A stretch of DNA of 64,000 nt from assembly GCA_964016885.1 (NCBI GenBank), contig OZ024760.1, positions 7,068,001 to 7,132,000 of the forward strand, given 5' to 3'. Under the pieces are notes generated by a model. The model worked only from the letters and a program-made list of their open reading frames with translations. It was not told the DNA's origin and ran no database searches. This DNA comes from Eledone cirrhosa. Its lineage: Eukaryota. The translations under genes were made by a program, and so were the position numbers. This document shows positions 1 to 13,820 of the stretch, in pieces (position 1 is the first letter of the stretch; each line of letters opens with the position of its first letter).

Positions 1-320
1 TGTTCCTAGGACTACATTATCTAATGTACAGTATAGCAGTTAGTGTTGGCCATCAGACATAGTGTTCCTAGGACTACATTATCTAATGTACAGTATAGCA
101 GTTAGTGTTGGCCATCAGACATAGTGTTCCTAGGACTATATTATCTAATGTACAGTATAGCAGTTAGTGTTGGCCATCAGACATAGTGTTCCTAGGACTA
201 CATTATCTAATGTACAGTATAGCAGTTAGTGTTGGCCATCAGACATAGTGTTCCTAGGACTACATTATCTAATGTACAGTATAGCAGTTAGTGTTGGCCA
301 TCAGACATAGTGTATCTAGG
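1..320. repeat. 62-bp tandem minisatellite, about 5 copies, runs off the window start
   Basis: Unit tgttcctaggactacattatctaatgtacagtatagcagttagtgttggccatcagacatag recurs at 1, 63, 125, 187, 249. Confidence 0.95.
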
Positions 321-747
321 AGCAACTTGAAAGTGTTTTGCTCAAGAACACAACACACAACCCAGTCCAGGAATCAAACTCCTGACTTTATGATCGTAAA
401 TCGAACACCCTTACCACAAGGCCAAGCGTCTCCATGATGATAATGCTAGGGATGTAGTTTAAGTTATTTGGTTGCTATTTCTAGCAGGTTGAATGACCGT
501 GTTCATGACTTGCTTGTCAACAGTATGAAAATAATAATCTTAGCAGGATATAGTTTAAATAAGGATTTAGTTGTAGTTATTTCGACAGAAAAGCACAAGA
601 AGCACTTGTCAACACAATAGAACATGTTCACTTAGCAACCTAGAATAAGATATGCGACTGGTAATTATATCCTGACATCATCATCATCATCATCATCGTC
701 TTAGGTCCGCTTGCATAGGTTGGACGAGTTTTTTTTCAGCACTACTT

Positions 748-1340
748 CCAGTCCACACTGTAAAGTGGTTGTGTTGGTGTCATGACAAAAAGCGCCCAGG
801 CCATACTGTAAAGTGGTTGTGTTGGTGTCATGACAAAAAGCGCCCAGGCCATACTGTAAAGTAGTTGTGTTGGTGTCATGACAAAAGACGCCCAGTCCAC
901 ACTGTAATGTGGTCATGTTGGTGTCATGACAAAAGGCACCCAGTCCACACTGTAATGTGGTCATGTTGGTGTCATGACAAAAGACGCCCAGTCCACACTG
1001 TAATGTGGTCATGTTGGTGTCATGACAAAAGGCACCCAGTCCACACTGTAATGTGGTCATGTTGGTGTCATGACAAAAGACGCCCAGTCCACACTGTAAT
1101 GTGGTCATGTTGGTGTCATGACAAAAGGCACCCAGTCCACACTGTAACGTGGTCATGTTGGTGTCATGACGAAAAGCACCCAGTCCACACTGTAACGTGG
1201 TCATGTTGGTGTCATGACAAAAAGCACCTAGTCCACGCTGTAATGTGGTCATGTTGGTGTCATGACAAAAGGCACCCAGTCCACACTGTAATGTGGTCAT
1301 GTTGGTGTCATGACGAAAAGCACCTAGTCCACGCTAATGT
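748..1340. repeat. 48-bp tandem minisatellite, about 12 copies, derived from RTE/SINE 3' UTR sequence
   Basis: Unit ccagtccacactgtaatgtggtcatgttggtgtcatgacaaaaggcac gives a 16-aa period in the ORF track. Non-arrayed homologues occur at 36424-36540 and 28541-28600. Confidence 0.9.
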
Positions 1341-1916
1341 GCTGGCATCATGATAAAATGAATGCTCCCAGTACATGCTGTAAAGTGGTTGGTGTTGGTG
1401 GGGGAGGGCATCCAGCCGTAAAAACCTCGCCAAAACAATATATGAACAAGACATGGTCACTTATTTAGTCCAGCCACAATCCTTGGCCACCTGATTAGTC
1501 CAGCATCAAATCATGGTCACCTGATTAGCCAGCCTCCGTCTGTGAAGCAACAACTCCTCTCTTTATGACATCTGCTGTAAGAAACAGCCATGGAGCTTAT
1601 ATTCAGGGTATAGCCCTTGTCAAGACTAAACTGTCCCCTTTTCTTTTTGTCTACCAGGAAAGTTGATGAATACATTTTGTGGCCACCCATGCCCCCTCTA
1701 GTTACCAACACTGCCAAAACTGGCTCTGATTCTATGAAATAAAACCACCCATTTTAAAGGTTTCTAATTTAAATTAAAATCTTCCAACATAATTTTATAT
1801 AAGAGCCTTATGTTAAGTTACCATCTTAGTAATGAAGTAATTAATAATTTTAGTAAATCCCACAAAATTCTTTTCTTCACTCACATATTCCTGAGGGGGT
1901 TGTGGGGGTGGAGTCC

Positions 1917-2230
1917 TTAAACACTCCCTCTAGTGGGTCCTGTCAGAAACGGCCGTCTCCAACTGATCTGGCTGGGTCTACCCTTGGGTCTCCTACCTGG
2001 TGGTTTTGCCCGTAATATTTGTCCAGCGATTCTATCCTCAAACATTCTAACCACATCTCCATAGTAACGGAGCTGTGATCTCTCAATTCGGAGAAGTAAC
2101 GGCTCTACCTGGAGTGACTCTCCAGTGATTTTTACCTGAGACATTCTAACCACATCTCCATAGTAACGGAGCTGTGATCTCTCAATTCGGAGAAGCAGGG
2201 GCTCTACCTGGAGTGACTCTCAAAATTCCT
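1917..2230 (-). mobile_element. RTE-clade LINE 3' fragment (RT C-terminus)
   Basis: Translation VEPLLLRIERSQLRYYGDVVRM...GRRPKGRP. The same family occurs at about 29680-29970 and 41560-42010. Confidence 0.75.
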
Positions 2231-2552
2231 CATCTATCTATATAATACTAAAATTCTGTGATTGCTTGCTCGTCTGTAATGTAATATAGCCAAGAGGGCA
2301 CATGATGGGAAAGTACTTTGAAAGGAAGTTGACCCTGAAATGGGAATACAAATGGAATAAAACAGGTTTCGCGTAAATCAGAGCATGGGTTCCCGAGATA
2401 TGGGGTTTTTCCGGGTACCTTCATAAACAGAGAGAGAGAAGGATAGAGATAGTGGTTGTGAGAGAGTAGATTGAAAGAGAGACATAGAGGAGAATGGAAG
2501 AGAGAGAGCTGGTGGTGGTGGTGGTGTGTGTATGTATGTATGTATGTATGTA

Positions 2553-2585
<33 letters not shown>

Positions 2586-2761
2586 ATAAAGTGTCTATGA
2601 CCAGTCTATATAGATCACAAACACCCACATGTATATATACACACATAGACATATATATGTATACACACACAGACATACACATATATATGTATACACACAC
2701 AGACATACACATATATATGTATACACACACACACACACATATATATATACATAAACACACG

Positions 2762-2800
<39 letters not shown>

Positions 2801-2980
2801 TCAGTTCCCGTCCCACCCTTGCAAGCAGGGAAAAAGCGGACGTAAAATGAAATGATGATGATGATGACTCACACAGATGTGTATATAATGTGAAATGAAA
2901 CTGGAAGGCCCATATATATATATATATATATATATATGATAAAGAACACGAGCCTCTACAACATCAAAAGATTTTTATTG

Positions 2981-3025
2981 GCTTACAATGTTTCTTCCTT
3001 ATGTAACCGTAGGATTCGTCAGAGC
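2981..3025 (-). ncRNA. Type I minimal hammerhead ribozyme motif, family A
   Basis: Minus strand: gct CTGACGA a-tcct..agga-a GAA ACATTGT A agc; GUA cleavage triplet. Second copy at 60282-60326. Confidence 0.7.
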
Positions 3026-3074
3026 TATAAAAGGGGTTTGATTGGTGTTATGGACTCTATTAACCTAAGTATAT

Positions 3075-3671
3075 ATCATCATCATCATCATCACCGTTTT
3101 ACGTCCGTTCTTCCACGCTAGCATGGGTTAGACGGGTTGTCCTGTTGTGGGCAGTGTTTGGTCGGCTGACCATGCCTTGCTCATACAGGAACTGATCTGG
3201 CTTGATTTCTACAGCTGGATGCCCTTCCTAACACCAACCTCATTTACAGTGAGTGCTGGGTGCTTTTTCGTGGCGCCTACACGTCCACTTTACAGTGTGG
3301 GCTGGGTGCTTTTTTTTGCCGTGGCACCTCCACGACCACCTTGCGGTGGGGGCATATTGTTTATATGCTTCAGCATGTACCCATGGGAGGTCGGGTACTC
3401 TGTATTACTGCGTGTCGCCAGAAGTCACGGTCGTGTGTCATTGTCTTTGAGAGGTGTAATTGGGTAAGGTCGGCTTTTATCACCCCATCCCAGGTCATCT
3501 TGGGTCTCCCCACTCCGCGGTTTCCATCAACTTCTAGTGCTCTGCACCTTTTTATGCAGCTGTCATCCTTCATACGCATCACATGTCCATACCAGCGCAA
3601 CCGCCTCTCTTGCACACAGCATTTGATTCCTCTTATGCTCAGTCTCTCTCTCAATTCATTTATGCTTTGTC

Positions 3672-3672
<1 letters not shown>
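3075..3672 (-). mobile_element. 5'-truncated RTE LINE 3' end with (ATG)n tail
   Basis: ORF 3370-3654 ERRLRWYGHVMRM...GRPKMTW, then the shared 3' UTR (ctggatgcccttcctaacaccaacc on + strand) and a catcat tail. Confidence 0.85.
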
Positions 3673-3709
<37 letters not shown>

Positions 3710-3880
3710 CCCTTCCAGTTTCATTTCACATTATATACATGTCTGTGTATATTTTGATTATTCAAAAATTATTTTTAAGTGAACATGATTTAAAAAAAAT
3801 ATATTTTGAAGTGAACATGACCCAATGGGTCACGGGTGGTCTAGTAAATTAATTAAAATTAGAAATTCAGATATATAATA

Positions 3881-4068
3881 ATAATTTTCTACTTTAGGCA
3901 CAAGGCCAGCAATTACCCAGTGCATTACTGGTACTCTATTTTATCGACCCCCGTAAGGATGAAAGGCAAAGTCAACCTCAACGGGATTTGAACTCAGATC
4001 GTAAAGGGACGTAACTATGCTGGAAAGCATGGCGTCCAACCCTCTACCGATACTGCCAATCCACCACC
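3881..4068 (-). mobile_element. tRNA-related SINE (Nin-domain-like family)
   Basis: Reverse complement of the family at 42076-42265; B-box gagttcaaatcc and gcctttcatccttacggggtcgataaa segment. Confidence 0.8.
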
Positions 4069-5379
4069 CTATAATAATAATAATAATAATGAAATATTGT
4101 GTACAGTGCTCAGGTGCACTACAACTCATCAAAAAGTGTATGTATAGTAGATAGGGTAATGTACAAACGTCGGGCAAATGAACAGTGCATGAGTCATGAT
4201 ATACACATGTGTGCATGTGTAGGGAAGGGGTACATCAGGTGTAGTTATGGCGTATTTCGGGAAGCATGAGGGTTAAGGAAAATCCCAAAACAACAGATTT
4301 CTTTCTAAAGAAATAAGAGCTTCACCTTTGCTGGAGGGAAGATTCAAGAAGAAGATTATGTCCAGACACCATCATCATCATCATCATTGTTGTTGTTGTT
4401 GTTGACACCCTTTAAGGGATATCCGAAAACAACAGTGATTTCTTGTAAAGAAATAATTGTTTCATCTTCGATGGAGGGATGACTCAAGAAGGAGATTATG
4501 TCCATCCAGTCCAGTGATCAAACTAATCAATGACTTGATTAACATATGTGATCCTTCCATTCATTTCATTTGATTAATTTAATATTGAATGCCACTGAGA
4601 AAAGCAGCTTAACTCTTGTACTAATTTGTTCTTTATTTCCATTTAAGCCATTATTATGAATCTGGGTACATAAGGGTGGGGGATTGGCAGTAGAATCGGT
4701 AGGGCGTCAGTATATAGTTATGACCAGTTATCTTTGTGGTATGTAGTTATGACCAGTTATCTTCTGAGTTCAAATCCTGTTGAGGTGAGCTTTGCCTTTC
4801 ATCCTTCTGGAGAGGTCATCATCATCATCATCATCATCATCATCGTCGATTAACATCTATCTTCCAGGCTAGTATGGGTTAGATGGGTTTCTCCCATTTA
4901 GAAGCAAGTTGGATCGAGTGACCATGTCTTGCTCATATAGGAGAGTTTCTGGCTGGTTTTCCACGGCTGGATGCCCTTCCTAACACCAACCACAATGACA
5001 GTGTGTGTTGGGTACTTTTTGCCGCCTTTTACACATCCACTTTACAGTCTGGTGTTTTGAGGCTGGTTTTCTACGGTTGGATGCCCTTCCTAACGTTGAC
5101 ATTTACAGTGTGTGCTGGGTACTTTTTGTTGTGACACCTAATGTAATGCACTGGGTTCAATTTCATCGACTTTCTCCTCTCCCAAAATTATTGGCCTTGT
5201 GCCTAAATCATAAACCATTGTTTCTGGGTACATAGTGAAAGCACATGGGTACAACAGTTGGGTAGTTGGATGCACATGAACAGAGTTTCCTAGGTTGGTT
5301 TTCTGGACTGGGCAGTGTGTTGTGTTCTTGAGCAAGATTCTTTGTTTCCTCATAGAATTACAGTTGTTAACATTAAAAC

Positions 5380-6185
5380 ACTTTCTAACAGGATCTGTAG
5401 GGGCTGATATCATTAAGACATTATTTCTAACAGGATCTGTAGGGACAGCTCACATTAGAACACCATTTCTAACAGGATCTGTAGGGGCTGATATCACTAA
5501 GACACTATTTCTAACAGGATCTGTAGGGGCTGATATCATTAAGACACTATTTCTAACAGGATCTGTAGGGGCTGATATCATTAAGACACTATTTCTAACA
5601 GGATCTGTAGGGGCTGATATCATTAAGACACTATTTCTAACAGGATCTGTAGGGGCTGATATCATTAAGACACTATTTCTAACAGGATCTGTAGGGGCTG
5701 ATATCACTAAGACACTATTTCTAACAGGATCTGTAGGGACGGCTAACATTAGAACACCATTTCTAACAGGAACTGTAGGGGCTGATATCATTAAGACACT
5801 ATTTCTAACAGGATCTGTAGGGACGGCTAACATTAAGACACCATTTTTAACAGGAACTATAGGGGCTGATATCATTAAGACACCATTTTTAACAGGATCT
5901 GTAGGGGCTGATATCATTAAGACACCATTTCTAACAGGATCTGTAGGGACAGCTAACATTAGAACACCATTTCTAACAGGATCTGTAGGGGCTGATATCA
6001 TTAAGACACCATTTTTAACAGGAAATGTAGGGGCTGATATCATTAAGACACCATTTTTAACAGGATCTGTAGGGGCTGATATCACTAAGACACCATTTTT
6101 AACAGGATCTGTAGGGGCTGATATCACTAAGACACCATTTCTAACAGGACCTGTAGGGGCTGATATCATTAAGATACTGAATCTA
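5380..6185. repeat. 42-bp tandem minisatellite, about 19 copies
   Basis: Unit ctaacaggatctgtaggggctgatatcattaagacactattt with two interleaved variants; 14-aa period in the ORF track. Confidence 0.95.
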
Positions 6186-6904
6186 ACAGTATTGTATCTT
6201 CACAGTAAAGGCTTTATCTTGCCTAATTATCTCACATAATATCGAATCTATGAGATTTTGATATTATGTATTTTGAGAACAATACCTTAACATCAGCATG
6301 AGGGGCCGGTTGGGACCAGTTTGAACAGAAAGAGGTGAGAGAATCCTGGCCAGATATGGCTGGTTTAAATGCTAAAAGATTGACACTATTTCTAACAGGA
6401 TGTAAAAGGAATTTGATGAATCAACTTTGCTTTATTATTTTGTTATTTCCAAAATAACTAACATAGTTTCGGTGCTTAGGATATCTTTGTCATGGATGTC
6501 AACCTTTGATTGAGTACCTATATTAGACAAACATACATATATACATATATATGTATCAAAGTACATAATGCATACATACAGACATATATACAAACATATA
6601 TATGTACATATGTATATATCTACATACATACATGCATACATATATGCAAACATGCATACATTTATACATACATATAGTATGTTAGTATATATATATATAT
6701 ATAAATGTAAGTATGTATGTATACAGACGTACAGTAGCATGTATATATATACATACAGGCACACATATATATATGCACGTATCAGTTTACCGAACATTTA
6801 TTATAATGCTCGGTTTGTTCGTTTGTAAACAAACGAACAGCCTGAATTACGCCGTACAGTGTTTAGGCAACCACGTCACCTTTTTGTTCAACACTGACAC
6901 AGGA

Positions 6905-6947
6905 ACGATGTACTAGTTTCAAGCTTATTAGCTATCGTCAGCACCGT
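6905..6947 (-). ncRNA. Type I minimal hammerhead ribozyme motif, family B
   Basis: Minus strand: acggtg CTGACGA t-agct-aata-agct-t GAA ACTAGT A catcgt. Stem I 6 bp (one G-U), palindromic stem III, GUA triplet. Confidence 0.75.
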
Positions 6948-7066
6948 ATACCTTCCTGCCTGATGGTTGAACGTCCAAAAGTATATACTTTCCTTATGAA
7001 AATTAACGGCTGAGCAGCCTAATTTGCATATCGAGTGAGTTCAGTCGGCCAGGCGCACTGAAAACG

Positions 7067-7166
7067 ATAAATGGAATAGAATGAAACGAAATTTCATTTC
7101 TCACTCTTAGTACGGCACTTACTTAAATGTAAGAGTGAGAAATGAAATTTCGTTTCATTCTATTCC

Positions 7167-7172
<6 letters not shown>
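7067..7172. repeat. Perfect 43-bp inverted repeat with 20-nt spacer abutting (TA)n
   Basis: 7067-7109 is the exact reverse complement of 7130-7172. Confidence 0.9.
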
Positions 7173-7255
<83 letters not shown>

Positions 7256-7595
7256 GGAGGCACATGGCTTAGTGGTTAGAGTATTGGCCTTGCAATCGAA
7301 AGGCCGTGAGTTCAATTCTCAGACCGGATGATGTGTTGTTTCCTTGAGCAAGAGACTTTATTTCACATTGCTCCAGTTTACTCAGCTGTAGAAATGAGAT
7401 GATAGGGACTGGGGTCCATATCATTCCACTGCAAAGTGGTCGTGGAGGTGCCACAGCAAAAAAGCACCCAGCACTCACTGTAAATGAGGTTGGTGTTAGG
7501 AAGGGCATCCAGCTGTAGAAATCAAGCCAGAATCAGTTCCCGTCCCACCCTTGCAAGCAGGGAAAAGTGGACGTAAAATGAAATGATGATGATGA
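7256..7595 (+). mobile_element. Full-length tRNA-derived SINE with RTE-type 3' end and (ATG)n tail
   Basis: A-box tggcttagtgg, B-box gagttcaattc, body ccttgagcaagagactttatttcac; 3' end shared with the RTE UTR. Near-identical antisense copy at 36925-37278. Confidence 0.85.
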
Positions 7596-7969
7596 AATGA
7601 TATATATATATATATATTTATATATAAATAAAATGTGTAAAATATTGTCATTCAACATCTATTTTATATATATATATATGTGTGGCTGTGTGTATATGTA
7701 TATATATATCATAATCATCACCATTTAACGTCAATTTTTCCACACTGAATGTGTGTGTGTGTATATATATTTTTATATATGTGTGTATGTATTCAGTGTG
7801 ATGCATATGTTAACTGTGTGTGTATATATAAAGTTAAGAAGATTTAAGATTTAGATAACTGCTTCCATAAGCTGATTTTTTTTTTTCTCCTCAGCTTCAT
7901 CAAACCTCCCTTAATCTCTTCATTTCTACTTTTTCACTCCCAAACCAGTTTTAACAGATGCTCTCATTT

Positions 7970-8046
7970 TATACACACTCACACACACATATATATGTGT
8001 GTGTGTGTATGCACACACAAACATGTATATACACATATAAATTTAT

Positions 8047-8082
<36 letters not shown>

Positions 8083-8113
8083 GTATATATATATATATAT
8101 GTATGTATGTATG

Positions 8114-8144
<31 letters not shown>

Positions 8145-8149
8145 GTATG

Positions 8150-8182
<33 letters not shown>

Positions 8183-8437
8183 GTATGTATGTATATATAT
8201 ATATGTATATATATATATATGTACATGTATGTATGCATATATATATGTATGTATATATATATATATGTACATGTATGTATGCATATATATATGTATGTAT
8301 ATATATATATATGTACATGTATGTATGCATATATATATGTGTGTATATATATATGTACATGTATGTATGCATATATATGTGTGTATATATATTGTGTATA
8401 TATATATATATATATATATGTGTGTATATATATTGTG

Positions 8438-8468
<31 letters not shown>

Positions 8469-8517
8469 ATATATATTGTGTATATATATATATATATATA
8501 TATGTGTGTATATATAT

Positions 8518-8559
<42 letters not shown>

Positions 8560-9265
8560 TGTATGCATATATATGTGTATATATATTATGTATATATATA
8601 TATGTACATGTATGCATATATATGTGTATATATATTATGTATATATATATATATATATATGTACATGTATGCATATATATGTGTATATATATTATGTATA
8701 TATATATATATATATATATGTACATGTATGCATATATATGTGTATATATATTATGTATATATATATATGTACATGTATGTATGCATATATATGTGTGTAT
8801 ATATATTATGTATATATATATATATATATATATGTACATGTATGTATGCATATATATGTGTGTATATATATTATGTATATATATATATATATATATATGT
8901 ACATGTATGTATGCATATATATGTGTGTATATATATTATGTATATATATATATGTACATGTATGTATGCATATATATGTGTATATATATTATGTGTATAT
9001 ATATATATGTATTATGTGTATATATATATATGTATTATGTGTATATATATATATGTATTATGTATATTATGTTTATGCATATATATGTGTATATATATTA
9101 TGTGTATATATATATTATGTGTATATATATATATATATTATGTGTATATATATATATGTATTATGTGTGTATATATATATATGTATTATGTATATTATGT
9201 TTATGTATTATATGTATATATATATATGTTATGTATATATTATATGTATGTATATATATATATAT
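7970..9265. repeat. Compound (TA)n/(TG)n microsatellite field
   Basis: Almost pure alternating purine-pyrimidine sequence; source of the long YI/CV-rich spurious ORFs. Confidence 0.95.
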
Positions 9266-9449
9266 TTTGTTATCGTCATTACCATTAACCCCCCTCCCCA
9301 TCCCATCTCTTTTATTTTTCACTTTTACTTTCTATTTTTCCATTCTCTAGTTTTCACTTTGTAATTTCCTACTTTAACCTTCCCTTACTCCTCCTCGGAG
9401 TTCCTGTTTCCTCCCTCTCGGAGTTCCTGTTTCCTCCCCCTATCCAAAC

Positions 9450-9485
9450 TTGCCTGATGAAGGACTTCTCTCCGAAACGTTGTAA
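9450..9485 (+). ncRNA. Type I minimal hammerhead ribozyme motif, family C (classic Penelope pLTR-like)
   Basis: ttgc CTGATGA a-gga-cttctc-tcc GAA ACGT T gtaa; palindromic stem III, GUU triplet; preceded by a pyrimidine-rich tract. Confidence 0.65.
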
Positions 9486-9952
9486 CCTCCTCCACTTCCA
9501 CCAAGCATGAACCTAATATAACTGCACAATTGCCTCCTGTGTGTTGTTTGTTCATTTTCAATTTCATACGCACACACGCATACATACACACGCATACATA
9601 CACATGCATACATACACATGCATACATACACACGCATACATACACACGCATAGATACACACGCATAGATAGACACATACATACACACGCATACATACACA
9701 CACACATACATACACACACACACATACATACACACGCATACATACACACGCATACATACACACGCATACATACACACACATACATACACACGCATACATA
9801 CACACGCATACATACACACGCATAGATACAGACGCATACATACTCGCATACTTACACTCGCATACTTACACACGCATACTTACACACGCATATATACACA
9901 CGCATATATACACACATAGATACATACATACATTATATATATATATTATATA

Positions 9953-11250
9953 CTAGCAGTAGGACCCGGTGTTGCACGGGGTAGGAAACGTGAAATAGCC
10001 ACATGCGTATGCAAAGATTGAGGAATGTAGCTGTTTACTTCTTGAATTCCCTTATTCTCAGGGAATGATTGCTCATCTACTGGAAACGTAGAACACCAGC
10101 AGACCGAATCCAGAGGTAGCAGTGTCAAGGGGCTGATTGCGGAAATCCTGTATGCAAAAGGAGTAAGTGTTGTGGGGGCGATGTATGTCATAAGTCTGTT
10201 CACGAATTACGTCACGGATGGGGAACACACGTCAGTCTGAAGGAGCGATGTAGTCAATTGTGTGAAAACCAAGTAGGGATGTACGTTTAAGTAGGGATAT
10301 TGAGATGGCGAAACCAGCGTGGCAACGCAGCTGCATCAGAAGTGGGTCGTAGTGCAATTAGCACAAACGCTGGTGCGGCACTGGTTGCACTGCATTTACA
10401 CAGCAACAAAGGTGCGACAAAAGGGGTCACCGTGGAATTAGCACAACCGCTGCTCGGCATACTTGCGCAGGGCGTACATACTGCGGTGTAGGTGCAACAA
10501 AAGGGGTCTTGGTAGAAGTAGCACAACCGCTGCTCGGCATACTTGTGCAGGGCGTACATACTGAGGTGCAGGTGCAACAAAAGGGGTTTTGGTAGAAGTA
10601 GCACAACCGCTGCTCAGCATACTTGTGCAGGGCATACATACTGCGGTGTAGGTGCAACAAAAGGGGTCTTGGTAGAAGTAGCACAGACGTGAGTTTTACG
10701 GTGTCAATAACACGGGGGCCCATACACAGGGCCCAGATTTGCACGTGATGAAAGCACGACAGGGCCCAGATTTGCACGTGATGAAAGCACGAAGCGTCAA
10801 CAGGGTGCCAACAAAAACTTTAAGGTCCTCCTCATTTCCTCAATCCCCCTGAAAATGGTCCTGCTTAAAAGTAAGTGTCATGTCCTCTGTTAAATAAACA
10901 AAATTTTTAATGAAATATTATACGCTACAAGGGCGGTGCCCCAGCATGGCCTCAGCCGGATGGCTGAAACAGGTAAAAGAGTACTTACGGTGTTTAAGTA
11001 GTGTTTATATTGAAAATGAAAATGGCATGTAATGCCCAATGCTAATTCGTAAATTTCCTAGAAACTATTAATGGAATCAGGTTTTTTGTCCACAACAATG
11101 TGGGCGGACTAACTAATGTGTGCTGCAAATTTCGAGGAAATCGGCTGGATTATCTTTAAGTTACGCCTCAAAAAAGTCTAAAAATACCTAAAAAAAGGCA
11201 GTTTTTCGTCAAAAAGAGCAGGAAAAGTTAAAATTTAGCCCATTGCACTT
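9953..11250 (-). mobile_element. Helitron-like non-autonomous element with internal 80-bp repeat (3 copies, about 10440-10690)
   Basis: Minus-strand 3' end cccgtgcaacaccggg hairpin followed by CTAG (9953-9956); related termini at 28235 and 52990. The distal boundary is approximate. Confidence 0.55.
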
Positions 11251-11749
11251 CAAGAAATATAAACATATATATATATATATATATACACACACATATATAT
11301 ATACATATATATACACAGGACATACATATATATATGCAGGACATGGCAGCGATAATGAGGGACAGAGACCGCTGGAGAGAACTCGTCCATGGATCTCGGG
11401 AATTTTACCCGCCTTAGAATAGAATAGAGAATATATATACACACATATATATATACATATATATACACACATATATATACATACATATATATACATATAT
11501 ATATAATATATATATATCCTGTATCCCACTGTTTTCATATGTTAACTCTCTCTAGCTCCAATGAACCTATTTCAACCTGTTTCTTCTCTTAATCACTGAA
11601 AAACTGCAGTCACAGCTTATGTTGTCCACACACACACACACACACACTTGTATATATACACACACTCTCACACAACCACTGCTATATATATATATATACA
11701 CACACACACACTTGTATATATACACACACACACTCTCACACAACCACTG

Positions 11750-11799
<50 letters not shown>

Positions 11800-11941
11800 G
11801 CACACACACACTTTGATATATACATACACACTCACACACAACCACTAATGTATACACACATGCACACACACACTCTGGTACACACGCACATAATCTGCTT
11901 ACTGAGGTGTCGGTAAACAACCAACATATACTCAAAATATA

Positions 11942-11992
<51 letters not shown>

Positions 11993-12241
11993 GCACACAC
12001 ACACACACACACGCATGCTGTTATATACACATGCACACATACTCTGGTATATGCATACCCCCCCCCCCCGCCACACTAACACAGACGATTAATCACACAC
12101 ACACACACACACATACCATATACTGTTACACGCACTCATCCAGTTACACACACAAACATACATTGTGGCATAGTTAGAAATGCACCGATACTCAGATACA
12201 TGTGCACTTACAGTTACAGATACACACACGCATGCACTCAG

Positions 12242-12300
<59 letters not shown>

Positions 12301-12574
12301 CATTCATGCACACCCACACACACTTGAAATAACGTATATTTCCACTGCAAGACAAATCAGTTGTTAGCAGTCACTTCATCCTCCTCCACCAATCCTTTGA
12401 ATCTTAGCTTTTATGCTATCATTAGCACCGCCTACACCACCATCACCACCACCACCACCTTCACAACCACCACCACCACCTTCACAACCACCACCACCAC
12501 CACCATCCTGAGAAACTCTGTATGTTACCTAGGTAACAAATTATTACATCTATTACTTCATACTAGCTATATCA

Positions 12575-13820
12575 GTAGTGTCAGTGTTTACTTCACAGTT
12601 TGATACAGTCATACAGTCATACAGACACAGTCTTACTGTCTGTGATACTGTCTCAGTCGTACTGTCTCACAGTCGTACTGTCTTACAGCCTCGCAGTCTT
12701 ATTGTCTCAGTCATACGGTCTTACTGTCTTAGTCATACAGCCTCAGTCATACAGCCTCGCAGTCTTATTGTCTGTCATACGGTCTCACAGTCATACACTC
12801 TTACTGTCTGAGTCATACAGACACAGTCTTACTGTCTGTGATACAGTCGTACTGTCTCACAGTCGTACTGTCTCACAGTCGTACTGTCTCACAGTCGTAC
12901 TGTCTCACAGTCGTACTGTCTCACAGTCGTACTGTCTCACAGTCGTACTGTCTCACAGTCGTACTGTCTCACAGTCGTACTGTCTCACAGTCGTACTGTC
13001 TCACAGTCGTACTGTCTCACAGTCGTACTGTCTCTCAGTCGTACTGTCTCTCAGTCGTACTGTCTGTCGTACTGTCTCACAGTCGTACTGTCTCACAGTC
13101 GTACTGTCTCACAGTCGTACCGTCTCACAGTCGTACCGTCTCACAGTCGTACCGTCTCACAGTCGTACCGTCTCACAGTCGTACCGTCTCAGTCGTACCG
13201 TCTCACAGTCGTACCGTCTCACAGTCGTACCGTCTCAGTCGTACCGTCTCAGTCGTACCGTCTCACAGTCGTACCGTCTCACAGTCGTACTGTCTTACAG
13301 CCTCTCAGTCTTATTGTCTCAGTCATACTGTGTCATACACTCTTACTGTCTCAGTCATACAGACACAGTCTTGCTGTCTGTGATACAGACATCGTCTTAC
13401 TGTCTCACAGTCATACGGTCTTACTGTCTTAGTAAGAGTGCGAGGCTGTATGACTGTCTCAGTCATACAGTCTTACTATCTCAGTCATACAGCCTCAGTC
13501 TTACTGTCTTACAGTCTTATTGTCATACATCCTTACAGTCGTACAGTCACACATCCTTACAGTCACAGTTTTACAGTCACACAGTCTGTCGTACAGCCTT
13601 ACATACAGTCAGTCTTACTGTCTCATTGTCATACATCCTTATAGTCTCAGTCTTACAGTCACACAGTCTCGTAGTCATACAGGCTTACATACTCACATTC
13701 ACAGTTACACAGCCATGCAGTCATACAGGCTTACATGATCTCACATTCACACTGTCATACAAGCATACAGCCTTACATAGTCATACAGTCTTATAGTCAT
13801 AGTCTTACATTCTTACAGCC
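12575..13820. repeat. 16-bp minisatellite (acagtcgtactgtctc) with degenerate flanks
   Basis: Homogeneous core at about 12840-13300; unit contains the hairpin acagt-cgt-actgt. Confidence 0.95.

Larger units (their letters stand above)
2233..3844 (+). mobile_element. Putative non-autonomous Helitron-like element with nested insertions
   Basis: 5' a|TCTATCTATATAATACTAAAA start; 3' hairpin tgaccc-aat-gggtca followed by CTAG|t at 3841-3844. That the two ends belong to one element is inferred. Confidence 0.4.

Noticed and set aside
5295-6239. 314-aa repetitive ORF
   Set aside because: A 42-bp minisatellite open on both strands, with no domain features.
7256-7330. tRNA-like A and B boxes
   Set aside because: Head of a multicopy SINE; no full cloverleaf or poly-T terminator.
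7958-9364. Long ORFs of 400+ aa rich in Y/I/C/V, and similar ones near 39.6-40.4 kb and 49.8-50.6 kb
   Set aside because: Translations of TA/TG microsatellites, which lack stop codons.
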